This document shows positions 9,717 to 19,637 of a stretch of 64,000 bases of DNA, piece by piece; within the stretch, counting starts at the first letter, position 1, and each line of letters starts with the position of its first letter. The position numbers and the translations under genes were made by a program. Under the pieces are notes generated by a model. The model worked only from the letters and a program-made list of their open reading frames with translations, was not told the DNA's origin and did no database searches. Location of the stretch: contig CAUWGE010000004.1 of NCBI GenBank assembly GCA_963558395.1, positions 3,446 to 67,445 on the forward strand, written 5' to 3'. The DNA comes from an uncultured Clostridia bacterium. GTDB taxonomy: Bacteria > Bacillota > Clostridia > TANB77 > CAG-508.

Positions 9717-9839
9717 TTACTATTATTTTTCTATATTATTTACATTCTTTATATTTTTATGTATGAATTTTTAATTTTTTGAATAAGAATCAATTTTTAG
9801 GAAATACTTTAACTAAATTTAACTTTTATGGAGGTACAA

Positions 9840-10166
9840 ATGACGAAAAATAAATCTATTCAATTAATTGGAAGAATTATAACAGCTTCAGTTGTATTAG
9901 GAATTACCGCATTTTTTACACCGGACATTGGTAATCCGAATTTTCTCATAGTTATTATTGGTATCTTTTCTCTTTCACTTTTTGACTTTTTAATTAGTTC
10001 ATATACAAAAATTTTTTCTAACCAACTAGTAAAAGGAATTATTGCATTTGTTTTATGTTCAATAACTCTTTATATTATTCAATACATTATGATTGGATAT
10101 AGTTTATCTTGGATATCTGCAATTTTAGGTGCATTAGTATATTCAATTGCAATTTATATGCTTTAA
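9840..10166 (+). CDS. small multi-pass membrane protein (function unknown)
   Basis: Three or four hydrophobic helices. Start moved to ATG 9840, which follows the SD GGAGG. Confidence 0.5.
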   Translation: MTKNKSIQLIGRIITASVVLGITAFFTPDIGNPNFLIVIIGIFSLSLFDFLISSYTKIFSNQLVKGIIAFVLCSITLYIIQYIMIGYSLSWISAILGALVYSIAIYML

Positions 10167-10212
10167 AAAAACATCTACTTACTTAAAAGTATCTTTAAGT
10201 AAGTAGATATTT

Positions 10213-11703
10213 TTAAAATGCTAAAACAACTCTAAATCCTTCACTATTATTACTGCTTCCACTATATCCATTAAAGCTAAATAAGCCCATTCCACTCGCG
10301 CCTCTATAATCTCCTCCTCTAATGAAAAATGGTATATCATTTTGAGGAAAGAAAGAAGCATTTAAGTTCCACGCATCATTTCCATATCCCGAATTTGAAC
10401 TCTCATATATAGCATCCCCTCTTCTTTTTAATGTTAATGCATAATGTTTATTTGAATATTCTTGAGAGTAATTTTGTGCTTTATCTATATCATCATTTTC
10501 GTAAACAGTTTTATATTTTGAATTTCTGCTTCCATAAATATCTTTATCACTGCCACCACCATTTGTTTTTAACCCTTCATATCCATTATCTATATATGCT
10601 GCAATATATTCCCAAGCACCCCCGCTTAAGTCATATACACCTGTTGCATTTCCTGCCGAACTTTGAGAGGCATTTGACAAATACACACTCTTTTCTATAT
10701 TACTTCCACCTGTTCTATAATCCGAATTTTTATTAATCTCAAGTGGTATTGCACCTATTCCATACTTACTATATGCTAAATATGCAACAGCTCCCCACTC
10801 ACTATTTTTCATCAAATGGCTGTCTCTGTTCCTTGCATAATTAAAACTATTTAAATAACAATTATTTATATTTATGTTTCTCCAACTAGTTGCTCCAGGT
10901 TTGCTAACTGCTTTTATAGTATCTGATGTAGCGACATTTCCAATTTCACTAGATGAAGTAACTATATTTTCTTTGTCTTTTTCCATGCTCATTTCATATT
11001 TAGCTACCCAAATTCCTGCTAGCTCTTTGCTCCATCCACCATTTCTATATCCACTAGCTACATCTTTTACAAATGCTGGTGCTACAATATAATGATTATC
11101 TGTTTGTCTTATTCCTGCATTATTTGTGGCAATTCTTGTAAAGCTACCATCTACATTTAATTTTAGTATTCCTCTTGCATCTGTATATCCTATAACCTTT
11201 GAATATTGTGAATCTGAATAATATACTATTCTATATGCATATCTTGGTATCCACACAAAATAGCTACCATTCTCATCTATTGCATTTGCCCATTCTTGTT
11301 CTTTATAATTGTACCACTCGGTTTCTTCATCTTTTACTTCTTCAAAAGCTGTTTTTTTACTATTGTAACTTAATTTTGTCATTCCACCAAGACAAGGTAT
11401 TAATGGCTCATCAATAATATTGTTTTCTTCATCTACCCATACAATCTCAACTTTTCCATATTTTCTATTCAGAATTTCATTTTGGTCATCTTTTATTTTA
11501 ATATTTTCCTGCTCAAGAATCCTATCATTTTCTTCTTGAATAATATCTTCTTCTGAAACTTTATTTTCACTAATAGTTACGTTTGGCTTCTTTTTATTTT
11601 TATTAAGTCCTAAAAAAATTCCACATATTATTAAACTAAAAATAATAATTATTACAGATGTAACAATTATTATTTTTTTAACATTACTATTTTTATTTTC
11701 CAT
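10213..11703 (-). CDS. membrane-anchored FGE-sulfatase/C-type-lectin-like protein; paralog of the two DGR targets but without a VR matching the TR
   Basis: N-terminal TM. Shares blocks with the targets (FVWIPRYAY vs FVWIPVASE; GIWVAKYEMS vs GFYIGRFEAG; GGAWEYIAAY vs GNCWEWTMEA; C-terminal RGGDY...EGFRVVLAF). Confidence 0.6.
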   Translation of the reverse strand: MENKNSNVKKIIIVTSVIIIIFSLIICGIFLGLNKNKKKPNVTISENKVSEEDIIQEENDRILEQENIKIKDDQNEILNRKYGKVEIVWVDEENNIIDEPLIPCLGGMTKLSYNSKKTAFEEVKDEETEWYNYKEQEWANAIDENGSYFVWIPRYAYRIVYYSDSQYSKVIGYTDARGILKLNVDGSFTRIATNNAGIRQTDNHYIVAPAFVKDVASGYRNGGWSKELAGIWVAKYEMSMEKDKENIVTSSSEIGNVATSDTIKAVSKPGATSWRNININNCYLNSFNYARNRDSHLMKNSEWGAVAYLAYSKYGIGAIPLEINKNSDYRTGGSNIEKSVYLSNASQSSAGNATGVYDLSGGAWEYIAAYIDNGYEGLKTNGGGSDKDIYGSRNSKYKTVYENDDIDKAQNYSQEYSNKHYALTLKRRGDAIYESSNSGYGNDAWNLNASFFPQNDIPFFIRGGDYRGASGMGLFSFNGYSGSSNNSEGFRVVLAF

Positions 11704-11717
11704 AGTATCTCCTCATG

Positions 11718-12155
11718 TTATTTTAATTCTTTTCTGTCTTGTTCAATTTCTTTTAGTGTTCTTTCTAATGTTTTCTCTAATTCGGCTAAGATATTGTCTG
11801 CATATTCTTTAGCTCCTTGCGTAATTTGTCTTGAATTCTCATTTGCAGATTCCATAATTTCATTTTTTTGTTCATATGCTTTTTTAGTTATTTCATGTTC
11901 GTCAATCATTGCAATTATTCTGTTTTCAGCTTCTTTTACAACATCTTCAGCTTCTTTTCTTGCTTCTTCTAAAATTCTTTCTCTTTCTTCTCTTACCCAT
12001 TTAGCTTGCTTTAAGTCTTCTGGCATCTTTAGTCTTATTTCTTTTATTAATTCCATAACTTCTTCTTGCTCAATTATTGCTTTTCCTGTAAAAGGTACCT
12101 TTTTTGAATTTTCAAACAATTCTTCTAATCTTTCTAGTAAAGTAAATATTTCCAT
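11718..12155 (-). CDS. hypothetical coiled-coil, E/K-rich protein
   Basis: ORF with an SD (AGAGAGGAAA) ahead of ATG 12155. Function not recognised. Confidence 0.5.
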   Translation of the reverse strand: MEIFTLLERLEELFENSKKVPFTGKAIIEQEEVMELIKEIRLKMPEDLKQAKWVREERERILEEARKEAEDVVKEAENRIIAMIDEHEITKKAYEQKNEIMESANENSRQITQGAKEYADNILAELEKTLERTLKEIEQDRKELK

Positions 12156-12181
12156 ATTGTTTCCTCTCTTTTTTTGCATTA

Positions 12182-12733
12182 CTATTTTAAACTCGCAAAA
12201 ACCAAATGAGCCCTTCCATACTTTCTTTGGTCTATTATATTTATCCCTTCTATTTTCTTTATCTCCTGCACATCTCTATCTACTTCGTCTGTTTCTATTA
12301 CTATTATTACATCATTAGTTAAAATTTTCTTTTTTAACAAAAGTTCTATGCTTTTACCTACAACACCTAATTTATATGGTGGGTCTAAAAACACTATATC
12401 TATTTTTTCATCTAATGAACTAATTGCTTCTATATAGCTTTTTTTAAAGATTACTGCTTTTTCTTTTAAATGAGCCTTTTCTAGATTTTGTTTTATAATG
12501 TAAATAGCTTCCGAATTGATATCACAAAAATATGCTTTTTTGGCTCCTCTGCTTAAAGCTTCTATTCCAAGTGCTCCACTACCTGCAAAAAGATCTAGAA
12601 TAACTTTATCTTTAATATCATTTTGCAAAATATTAAACATAGATTCTTTTACTCTATCCAATGTTGGCCTTGTTGAACTACTCTCAATAGAATTAAGTTT
12701 TGTTCCTCTTGCTAATCCACTAATTACTCTCAT
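12182..12733 (-). CDS. rsmD: 16S rRNA (guanine966-N2)-methyltransferase
   Basis: SAM-binding DLFAGSGALGIEALSRGA and the DPPY motif. Confidence 0.85.
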   Translation of the reverse strand: MRVISGLARGTKLNSIESSSTRPTLDRVKESMFNILQNDIKDKVILDLFAGSGALGIEALSRGAKKAYFCDINSEAIYIIKQNLEKAHLKEKAVIFKKSYIEAISSLDEKIDIVFLDPPYKLGVVGKSIELLLKKKILTNDVIIVIETDEVDRDVQEIKKIEGINIIDQRKYGRAHLVFASLK

Positions 12734-12900
12734 ATTCCTATTTTAACTTTAAATCCTTTCTTGTCAATAGAAATAACGAAATTGTAATATTTCCTTAATA
12801 TCTATGTAACACACATATTTTACCATAAAATTTGCACGAAATAAAGGGATATACGCCATTTTATTGCATATATCCCTTTATTTTGTTACAAATTTGTAAT

Positions 12901-13353
12901 TTACCCATCTTTATTTATATCTTTTAATAATTCTAGTTGAGAAATAAGTAAAGATTCCATTTTTGCCTTATAAACATCAAATTGTTTTTGAATATCATCT
13001 AAGGCCCTTTGTTTTTCAACCACTTGAATATCAATAGCATTAGTAATTTCCTTTGACTTACTTTCTGCTTCTCTTATAATTTGGTCTGCTTGCTTTTGTG
13101 CTGCATTTCTTACTTCATCAGCTGCTGACTGTGCCATAAGTAAAGTATTTTGTAGTGTTGATTCTATTTTTACATAATTTTCAAGCTTTGAATTTAATTC
13201 ATCAACTTTTCTTTCACTTTCTGACACTTGTCTATATATATTTGAATAATCTTTTGTTAGTTCATCTAAAAAATCATCAACCTCTTCTGGATCATATCCA
13301 TTTAGAGTCTTTTTTGAAAATCTTTTATTTTCAATATCTAGTGGTGTAATCAT
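12901..13353 (-). CDS. divIVA: DivIVA-domain cell-division protein
   Basis: N-terminus MITPLDIENKRFSKKTLNGYDPEEVDDFLDEL, followed by coiled coil. Confidence 0.85.
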   Translation of the reverse strand: MITPLDIENKRFSKKTLNGYDPEEVDDFLDELTKDYSNIYRQVSESERKVDELNSKLENYVKIESTLQNTLLMAQSAADEVRNAAQKQADQIIREAESKSKEITNAIDIQVVEKQRALDDIQKQFDVYKAKMESLLISQLELLKDINKDG

Positions 13354-13372
13354 TTCTATTCCTCCAAATCAA

Positions 13373-13846
13373 TTAATTATTTGCATTACTTTTTAACCAA
13401 GATACAGGTGATTTACTCTTGCCTTCGTCTTTTGAATCTGAAGTAATATCATAATTATATGGTGCTACTAAAAATATTGAACTAGAAATTTTTTGCATAT
13501 GTCCATCTAGAGCATGCGCTGCTCCGCTAACAACATCTATAATTCTTCTAGCAACGTCTTTATTAACATATTCTAAATTAATTATTACTGATTTTTTTTC
13601 TTTTAATAAGTCGCAAATTTCTTCAGCTTGTTCAAAATTAGTTGGTTGCATAATTACCATTCTAACTTGTTGAGCCATACTTACAACTTTACTATTTTTT
13701 CTTCCAAATAATCCTCTTGGTTCTAATTCTTCCTCTTCTTCTTCTTGATATGTATCAAAATCCTCTTCATATCCTTCTTCTGGCTCTTCTTCTGCTGCTC
13801 CCATTCCAAACATATTCATAAATTTACTTACAACCGCATTTGCCAT
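13373..13846 (-). CDS. sepF: cell division protein SepF
   Basis: Acidic linker plus a conserved C-terminal domain (VIMQPTNFEQAEEICDLLKEKKSVIINL...IFLVAP). Confidence 0.8.
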   Translation of the reverse strand: MANAVVSKFMNMFGMGAAEEEPEEGYEEDFDTYQEEEEEELEPRGLFGRKNSKVVSMAQQVRMVIMQPTNFEQAEEICDLLKEKKSVIINLEYVNKDVARRIIDVVSGAAHALDGHMQKISSSIFLVAPYNYDITSDSKDEGKSKSPVSWLKSNANN

Positions 13847-13983
13847 TTTATAAACAACCTCCTAAATTTCTCCTTCGCATTTACGACTACATTTTAAGTA
13901 TCCAACTTTTTTGCTTCATTGTCAATACTTTTTGTGATATGTAATATTCTTTTCATTTTTCTGTAATATTAGTGTAATATTTC

Positions 13984-15324
13984 TTATTTTGCTGGATTTA
14001 TAAGCAGTTCATCATATAAAATAAGCGAAGTGTATACTTCTTTTGGTAAATCCAATTCTTCTATTTCTGATGTACTATAATTTGTTACAACAGAATAGTT
14101 TTCACCCTTTTTCTTCAATTTTACCAAAACTTTTTCTTGATATCCTGACTTTGTTCTTATTACATAATTTAAATCATTTTGACTAATTATGCTAGAATTT
14201 GGCACTTTATATCCTTCTGCATCCCACCATATTATGTCTATTGGAACTTTTCTATATGCCAAAAGTTCATTTATGCCCTCCGTAATTTCAAAAATGATTG
14301 TTGATTCATTATCTGATTCTTTTGTAATATATTTTATTTTTGCATCTACTTCTCTTGAACTTGGAAGTCCTAATTTTACATTATCACCAATTTTAGCATT
14401 ATTTGCTTCCTCAGTTTTACTTATACAAGCAATATATCCAATAAAATTATTTACTATTTTTCCTCTTTCACCACTAGTAGAAATAATTTGACCTGTTTTT
14501 AAATTTAGCTTATTTAAAAACTCTTTATTTATTTTAGAAAAATCATTTGAGTTTAATGTTTCCTCTAATCCATCAACTTTATATGAAACTATTCCGCTTC
14601 TTGTAGCATTTATATATTCTGCTCCTGAATTTAATTCTCTCTCATAAGAACTTCTTTCATCAATTAGTTTCTTCAAATATGAACCACTTGGACTTAGCTC
14701 CCCTGCTATTTTTGCTTTTTTAGTTATATATTCTGCTATATTTTTTTTATATTCGAATATTTTACTTACATCATTTGTTCCATCAATTTGCTCTAATTTT
14801 TCTTCTATTTGGCTATCTAAAAGTTTGGTATCTGTTGAAAATAAATCTTCATTATTTTCTTCCATTGCATGTTGAATTTTCACATCTAAATCTGCTATTT
14901 TTTGTTTTAAATTGTCCTCTCCTGCTGAATAATACCTAAAAATTGGATCTCCACTTGCAACTTTATCTCCTTCGCTTTTAATTTGAACCATTCCATTTTT
15001 GTAGTTCTCTCCTGTTATAACGGTTTCATCTCTTATAATATATCCTGGTACTGTTTCCTCTTTTGAAATTTTTCCGTTTTTCACAACAACAGTATCTGTT
15101 GGATTTTTTATAAGATTAAACACAGAGTTTCCTATATATAGCATAATTGCTACTATAACTAAAATAACAAGTATAAGTTTTATTTTATTAATTTTCTTAA
15201 AGCTAATACTCTTTTTTTCTTTTACTTTTGGTTCCTCAATTCCATTTAGTAAATTTTCTCTCTTTGCAACTTTACTTTTGTACATTGCTTTTTTACTCTT
15301 ACTGTTAGTATTATTATTTTTCAC
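13984..15324 (-). CDS. membrane-anchored HlyD/biotin-lipoyl-like (membrane-fusion-type) protein
   Basis: One TM, barrel-like motifs (GDKVASGDPIF) and long coiled-coil segments. The function call is weak. Confidence 0.45.
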   Translation of the reverse strand: MKNNNTNSKSKKAMYKSKVAKRENLLNGIEEPKVKEKKSISFKKINKIKLILVILVIVAIMLYIGNSVFNLIKNPTDTVVVKNGKISKEETVPGYIIRDETVITGENYKNGMVQIKSEGDKVASGDPIFRYYSAGEDNLKQKIADLDVKIQHAMEENNEDLFSTDTKLLDSQIEEKLEQIDGTNDVSKIFEYKKNIAEYITKKAKIAGELSPSGSYLKKLIDERSSYERELNSGAEYINATRSGIVSYKVDGLEETLNSNDFSKINKEFLNKLNLKTGQIISTSGERGKIVNNFIGYIACISKTEEANNAKIGDNVKLGLPSSREVDAKIKYITKESDNESTIIFEITEGINELLAYRKVPIDIIWWDAEGYKVPNSSIISQNDLNYVIRTKSGYQEKVLVKLKKKGENYSVVTNYSTSEIEELDLPKEVYTSLILYDELLINPAK

Positions 15325-16228
15325 TTAATTCCTCCACAATAATAGATGGATTATTTTTGTTTCTTGCATCTAAAACAATTGCATTTTTATATGATTTAAA
15401 CCAGGTTATTTGTCTTTTTGCATATCTTCTAGTTTCTTGTTTTATCTTTTCTATCATCTCATCTCTATTTAAGCTTCCATTTAAGTATTCTACAACTTCT
15501 TTATATCCTAAACCTTGCATAGCTGTTGGAAATTCGCTATATTTATCAAGAACATTTTTTACTTCATCTATTAAACCATTGTCTATCATAATGTCTACTC
15601 TTTTATTAATTCTTTCATATAAAATTTCTCTATCCATATTTAAGAAAAATATTTTATAATCATATTTAATCCCGTTCTTTCTTGATTCTTCTTCTAATTC
15701 TGTTTTGCTTTTTCCTGTTTGATGATAAATTTCAAGTATTCTCAAAATTCTTTTTGAATCATTTGAACTTATTTTTTCTAGTGCTTTAGCATCTATTTTT
15801 CTAGCTTCTTCGTATAACTTATCTAATCCTTCTTCTTTTACTCTGTTTTCTAAATATCTTCTATATTCTAAGTCTATTTCAATTTCTGGATAATCTATTC
15901 CATATATTAAAGAATTTAGATATAAACCTGTTCCTCCAACTATTATTGGAGTTTTTCCTTCTTTTAATATTTTTTCTATTGCCTCTTCTGCATCTTTTTT
16001 ATATTCTGCAACACTGTATCTTTTATCAGGACTCACAAAATCTATTAAATGATGTTTTGCTTCTATTTGCTCCTCTTTAGTAGGTTTAGCAGTTCCTATA
16101 TCCATGTCTTTGTAAATTTGCATTGAGTCACATGAAATAATTTCTCCATTTGTAAGTTTTGCTACCTCTATTCCTAAACTAGTTTTTCCTGATGCAGTTG
16201 GTCCACATATTACTATAACTTTTTCCAT
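15314..16228 (-). CDS. miaA: tRNA dimethylallyltransferase
   Basis: P-loop GPTASGKT and MiaA-like sequence throughout. Confidence 0.9.
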   Translation of the reverse strand: MEKVIVICGPTASGKTSLGIEVAKLTNGEIISCDSMQIYKDMDIGTAKPTKEEQIEAKHHLIDFVSPDKRYSVAEYKKDAEEAIEKILKEGKTPIIVGGTGLYLNSLIYGIDYPEIEIDLEYRRYLENRVKEEGLDKLYEEARKIDAKALEKISSNDSKRILRILEIYHQTGKSKTELEEESRKNGIKYDYKIFFLNMDREILYERINKRVDIMIDNGLIDEVKNVLDKYSEFPTAMQGLGYKEVVEYLNGSLNRDEMIEKIKQETRRYAKRQITWFKSYKNAIVLDARNKNNPSIIVEELSEK

Positions 16229-16237
16229 TAGCTCCTC

Positions 16238-16654
16238 CTAATTAGTTTTAAAATTTGCTATACCTATTTGAATATCTTTCATATATACATAATCTACAAT
16301 TAATAAAATTACTGCTAAAACAAGGCATATTATTAATCTTTTTTGAAATTTTTCTTTTTCTAATAGTTTATCTTTTAATTTCATTATCTGAATAATGCTA
16401 GGAACTATTCCTAAAATTACATTTACAGGTAGAAATGTAAAGAGTACAACTTGTCTTGATGTATTTGCAATATTGCCATCCATTCCTATTGTACTTAAAG
16501 AATATATTACAAACAAAATACTATACATTGCAATTAAACATATTCCAATGATCACCATCTTATTTTTTATTTCTATTCTTCCTAAAATCTTATATAAACA
16601 AGCAATTGCTGCTAAATTTAAAATAACTATAAAACTAATTGTAATTATTTCCAT
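16238..16654 (-). CDS. hypothetical 4-TM membrane protein
   Basis: Hydrophobic ORF between mutL and miaA. Confidence 0.45.
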   Translation of the reverse strand: MEIITISFIVILNLAAIACLYKILGRIEIKNKMVIIGICLIAMYSILFVIYSLSTIGMDGNIANTSRQVVLFTFLPVNVILGIVPSIIQIMKLKDKLLEKEKFQKRLIICLVLAVILLIVDYVYMKDIQIGIANFKTN

Positions 16655-16714
16655 GATACTTTATATATAGTAAATATAAACTATATATTTCTCCCTTCTT
16701 GATTTTATATTTGT

Positions 16715-19120
16715 TTATCTTCTTGAAAATTTCTTTTCTATATCGGCTTTTGTCATCTTTATTGCAATTTGCTTACCATTTATACCCACAAATGGTTCTG
16801 GATATCTTAGCAATTTACTCATTAATTTTTCTACAACTTCTTTATTTAGATACACTTCTGTTTGCTTTGCTGCTTCTTTTGCAATTGAAACTAAAAACTT
16901 TTCTACTATTTCATCCTTAGCAATTCTTGCAACTGTATTTATTTCTTCTAATACATTTAAAAACAATTCCTTTGTATCCATCTCTTGGCAAAACTCTGGA
17001 ACATTTGTCATTTTTACTGTACTATCTCCAAATTCTTCTGCTAAAAATCCTGCATTTGAAAAAAGTTCTTTATTATCTTTAAAAATTCCCATCTGCCTAT
17101 TATTTAAGTCTATTACATCTGGCAAAAGCATTAATACTGAATCTTTTTCTCCTGTCAAATAATAATTTCGTTTAATCTTTTCATACATCATTTTTTCTTC
17201 TGCTGCTTTTTCATCAATAATGTACATATCACTATTTATCGCCAAAATAATATATGTATTAAATGCAATTCCTATATATCTATAATTTAAGCTACTTACT
17301 TCACCATCTTTTTCAAACATAGAAATTTCTTTTCCAGTAATTGCGGTTGTTTGGTATTTTTCTTCTTCCTCTGCTACTTTTTCGTCATATTCTTTTTTTG
17401 CTTCTATAATATCTCTTCCAAATAATCTTCTATACATCTCTTCAAAAGACTCTTCTTTTGTAGTTTCATTTATCTCTTTTTCTGCTTTATCATCTATCTT
17501 TTCTTCTACTTTTGACTCATCAAAAGATTTATTCTCTGATATTCTTTCATCATTATAACTTGTTTTATTTACTTCTTCTAATAAATTTTTAACAGGTTCT
17601 AGTACATTTATTACTTCCATATTAGATGTATTTTCATTCTCTTCTTGTGATTCTTCTATTTTTTTATTATTGATGTCATTTTCTATTTCTATTACATCTT
17701 CTGGTATTTGCTCTTCTTCTTTAACGTTTATGTCTTCTTTTTCTATTTCAAAATCTTCTTTTGTATCTGGAACGATTTTACTTTTTTCGCTCTCCTCTAT
17801 TTTATCTTCAGATAGATTTTGGTCTTCCTCTTTATTTTCGTTATCAAAATCTTTTTCAATATATGCTCTAGTTATATCTGCTAATTTTTCTCCTATTTCT
17901 TCTGGTGTCTTTGTTTGTGTAAGTTCGTCTATAAATTTTCTTCTTGTCTCTTCATCCAATGTTGTTACTGTTGTTTTGAAAGTATTAAAATCTGGTATAT
18001 TTGTTTCCTTTACTTCTTCTTTCTTTTCTTCTTTATCTTCTTTATTTAATGCCCATGGGCTAAGTTTACCTTCTTGTTTAATATTTTTTAACATATCATT
18101 TGGAGTTTGCATTCCCAACTCTAAATTGTTATTTATTTGCTCTAACCCTTGTTTTATAGCATTATATATGGCTTTAAAAACTTTTCCTTCTTCTTCAAAT
18201 CTTACTTCTAGCTTTGCAGGATGTACATTTACATCAACTTTTCTTAAATCTATGTCTAAGTTTAAAACTAAAAATCCTTTTTTTCCAATACCTACAATTC
18301 CTTTAAACGCTTGGTCTGCTGCACTAGTTAACGTTTTATCCTTTATGTATCTTTTATTTACAAAAAATAATTGATTTGCCCTAGTTGAACGGGCTATTTC
18401 TGGCTTTCCTATAACTCCTGTAACTTGCATATCTTCATATTCATAATCAACATTTATTAAATTCTGAGCAATCTCTTTTCCAAATATATTATAAATTACA
18501 TCTTCTATTTTTCCTGTTCCAGTTGTTTGAATCACAGTTTTTCCTGTATTGATTAATTTAATTGCAACTTCCGGATTAGCTATTGCAATTCTAGTAATTG
18601 CATCTTCTACATATCCAGACTCTGTAAAATCTTTCTTTAAAAATTTATACCTTACAGGAGTATTAAAAAATAATTCTTTTACAGTTATGCTTGTTCCCTT
18701 TTTACATCCTTCTTCATGCTTTTCTATTATATTTCCGCCTTCTACTTCTATTTTATATCCAATTTCACTATTTTCTGTTTTAGAAACAAGTTCTACTTTT
18801 GCAATAGCAGCAATACTTGCTAACGCTTCTCCTCTAAACCCCATAGATTTTACAGTATCTAGGTCCTTTGCTTTTCTTATTTTACTGGTTGCATGTCTTT
18901 CAAATGCAATTTCCATATCATCTGGCATTATTCCACTGCCATCGTCTGTAATTCTTATATAGGAAATTCCTCCATTTTTTATTTCTACAACTATATTTTT
19001 TGCTCCTGCATCAATAGAGTTTTCAACAAGTTCTTTTACTGCTGAGGCCGGTCTTTCTATAACTTCTCCTGCTGCAATTTGATTTATGGTTAAATCGTCT
19101 AATAATACTATTTTTCCCAT
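16715..19120 (-). CDS. mutL: DNA mismatch repair protein MutL (long acidic linker)
   Basis: GHKL ATPase motifs (NQIAAGEVIERPASAVKELVENSIDAG, DDGSGI, GFRGEAL). The C-terminal dimerisation domain is present. Confidence 0.9.
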   Translation of the reverse strand: MGKIVLLDDLTINQIAAGEVIERPASAVKELVENSIDAGAKNIVVEIKNGGISYIRITDDGSGIMPDDMEIAFERHATSKIRKAKDLDTVKSMGFRGEALASIAAIAKVELVSKTENSEIGYKIEVEGGNIIEKHEEGCKKGTSITVKELFFNTPVRYKFLKKDFTESGYVEDAITRIAIANPEVAIKLINTGKTVIQTTGTGKIEDVIYNIFGKEIAQNLINVDYEYEDMQVTGVIGKPEIARSTRANQLFFVNKRYIKDKTLTSAADQAFKGIVGIGKKGFLVLNLDIDLRKVDVNVHPAKLEVRFEEEGKVFKAIYNAIKQGLEQINNNLELGMQTPNDMLKNIKQEGKLSPWALNKEDKEEKKEEVKETNIPDFNTFKTTVTTLDEETRRKFIDELTQTKTPEEIGEKLADITRAYIEKDFDNENKEEDQNLSEDKIEESEKSKIVPDTKEDFEIEKEDINVKEEEQIPEDVIEIENDINNKKIEESQEENENTSNMEVINVLEPVKNLLEEVNKTSYNDERISENKSFDESKVEEKIDDKAEKEINETTKEESFEEMYRRLFGRDIIEAKKEYDEKVAEEEEKYQTTAITGKEISMFEKDGEVSSLNYRYIGIAFNTYIILAINSDMYIIDEKAAEEKMMYEKIKRNYYLTGEKDSVLMLLPDVIDLNNRQMGIFKDNKELFSNAGFLAEEFGDSTVKMTNVPEFCQEMDTKELFLNVLEEINTVARIAKDEIVEKFLVSIAKEAAKQTEVYLNKEVVEKLMSKLLRYPEPFVGINGKQIAIKMTKADIEKKFSRR

Positions 19121-19261
19121 TTTTCTACTCCTTATATCACTTTGCTTTTTTGAATTATATCATTTTCAAATATTTTTGTACAGTATTCGTAACCAATTAA
19201 TTTAATTAAGAATAGTATATACTATACAAAAGAAATTAAATTATTTATAAGGAGGTAAGTC

Positions 19262-19375
19262 ATGAGAGGTTGTAACGGAGAAATGTTATGGTTCATAATA
19301 TTAATCTTATTGCTTTGTGGTAACTGTGGTGGAAATAACTGCGGATGCGGTAATGACAATGGATGCGGTTGCTAA
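19262..19375 (+). CDS. tiny Cys/Gly/Asn-rich transmembrane peptide (37 aa)
   Basis: Hand translation: MRGCNGEMLWFIILILLLCGNCGGNNCGCGNDNGCGC. The SD AAGGAGG lies 6 nt upstream. Below the ORF-track cutoff. Confidence 0.5.
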   Translation: MRGCNGEMLWFIILILLLCGNCGGNNCGCGNDNGCGC

Positions 19376-19417
19376 TTTATAATAAGCTAGTGATTATTAA
19401 ATGAAGGGAGGTTCTAT

Positions 19418-19537
19418 CATGCCAGATAAATGTGGATGCGGATTTGGATTTGGAAATAACAATGACTGCTGTTTCTTAATAATATTCTTAATATTAATAT
19501 TCTGCTGTTGTGGAAACAATAACAGAGGTTGTTGCTA
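19418..19537 (+). CDS. tiny Cys/Gly/Asn-rich transmembrane peptide (39 aa), paralog of the previous one
   Basis: Hand translation: MPDKCGCGFGFGNNNDCCFLIIFLILIFCCCGNNNRGCC. An SD GGGAGG lies upstream and a terminator follows. Confidence 0.5.
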
Positions 19538-19570
19538 ATCAAAATAATTCATAGAATTTTTTGAAACATA

Positions 19571-19608
19571 AAAAACCTTGAAACTAGTCATAAGTTCCAA
19601 GGTTTTTT
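19571..19608. terminator. bidirectional intrinsic terminator
   Basis: AAAAACCTTGAAAC-loop-GTTCCAAGGTTTTTT, between the convergent peptide genes and the DUF2207 gene. Confidence 0.7.
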
Positions 19609-19637
19609 ATATATTATTAAACGATTTGGCTTTTATA

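Noticed and set aside
17670-18374. Long + strand ORFs inside - strand genes (for example 17670..18374, 11794..12318, 18549..18962, 22502..23002, 28622..28954, 62576..62980)
   Set aside because: Their translations are S/F/L/I-rich low complexity. They have no SD and lie antisense to well-supported conserved genes, so they are shadow ORFs typical of AT-rich DNA.
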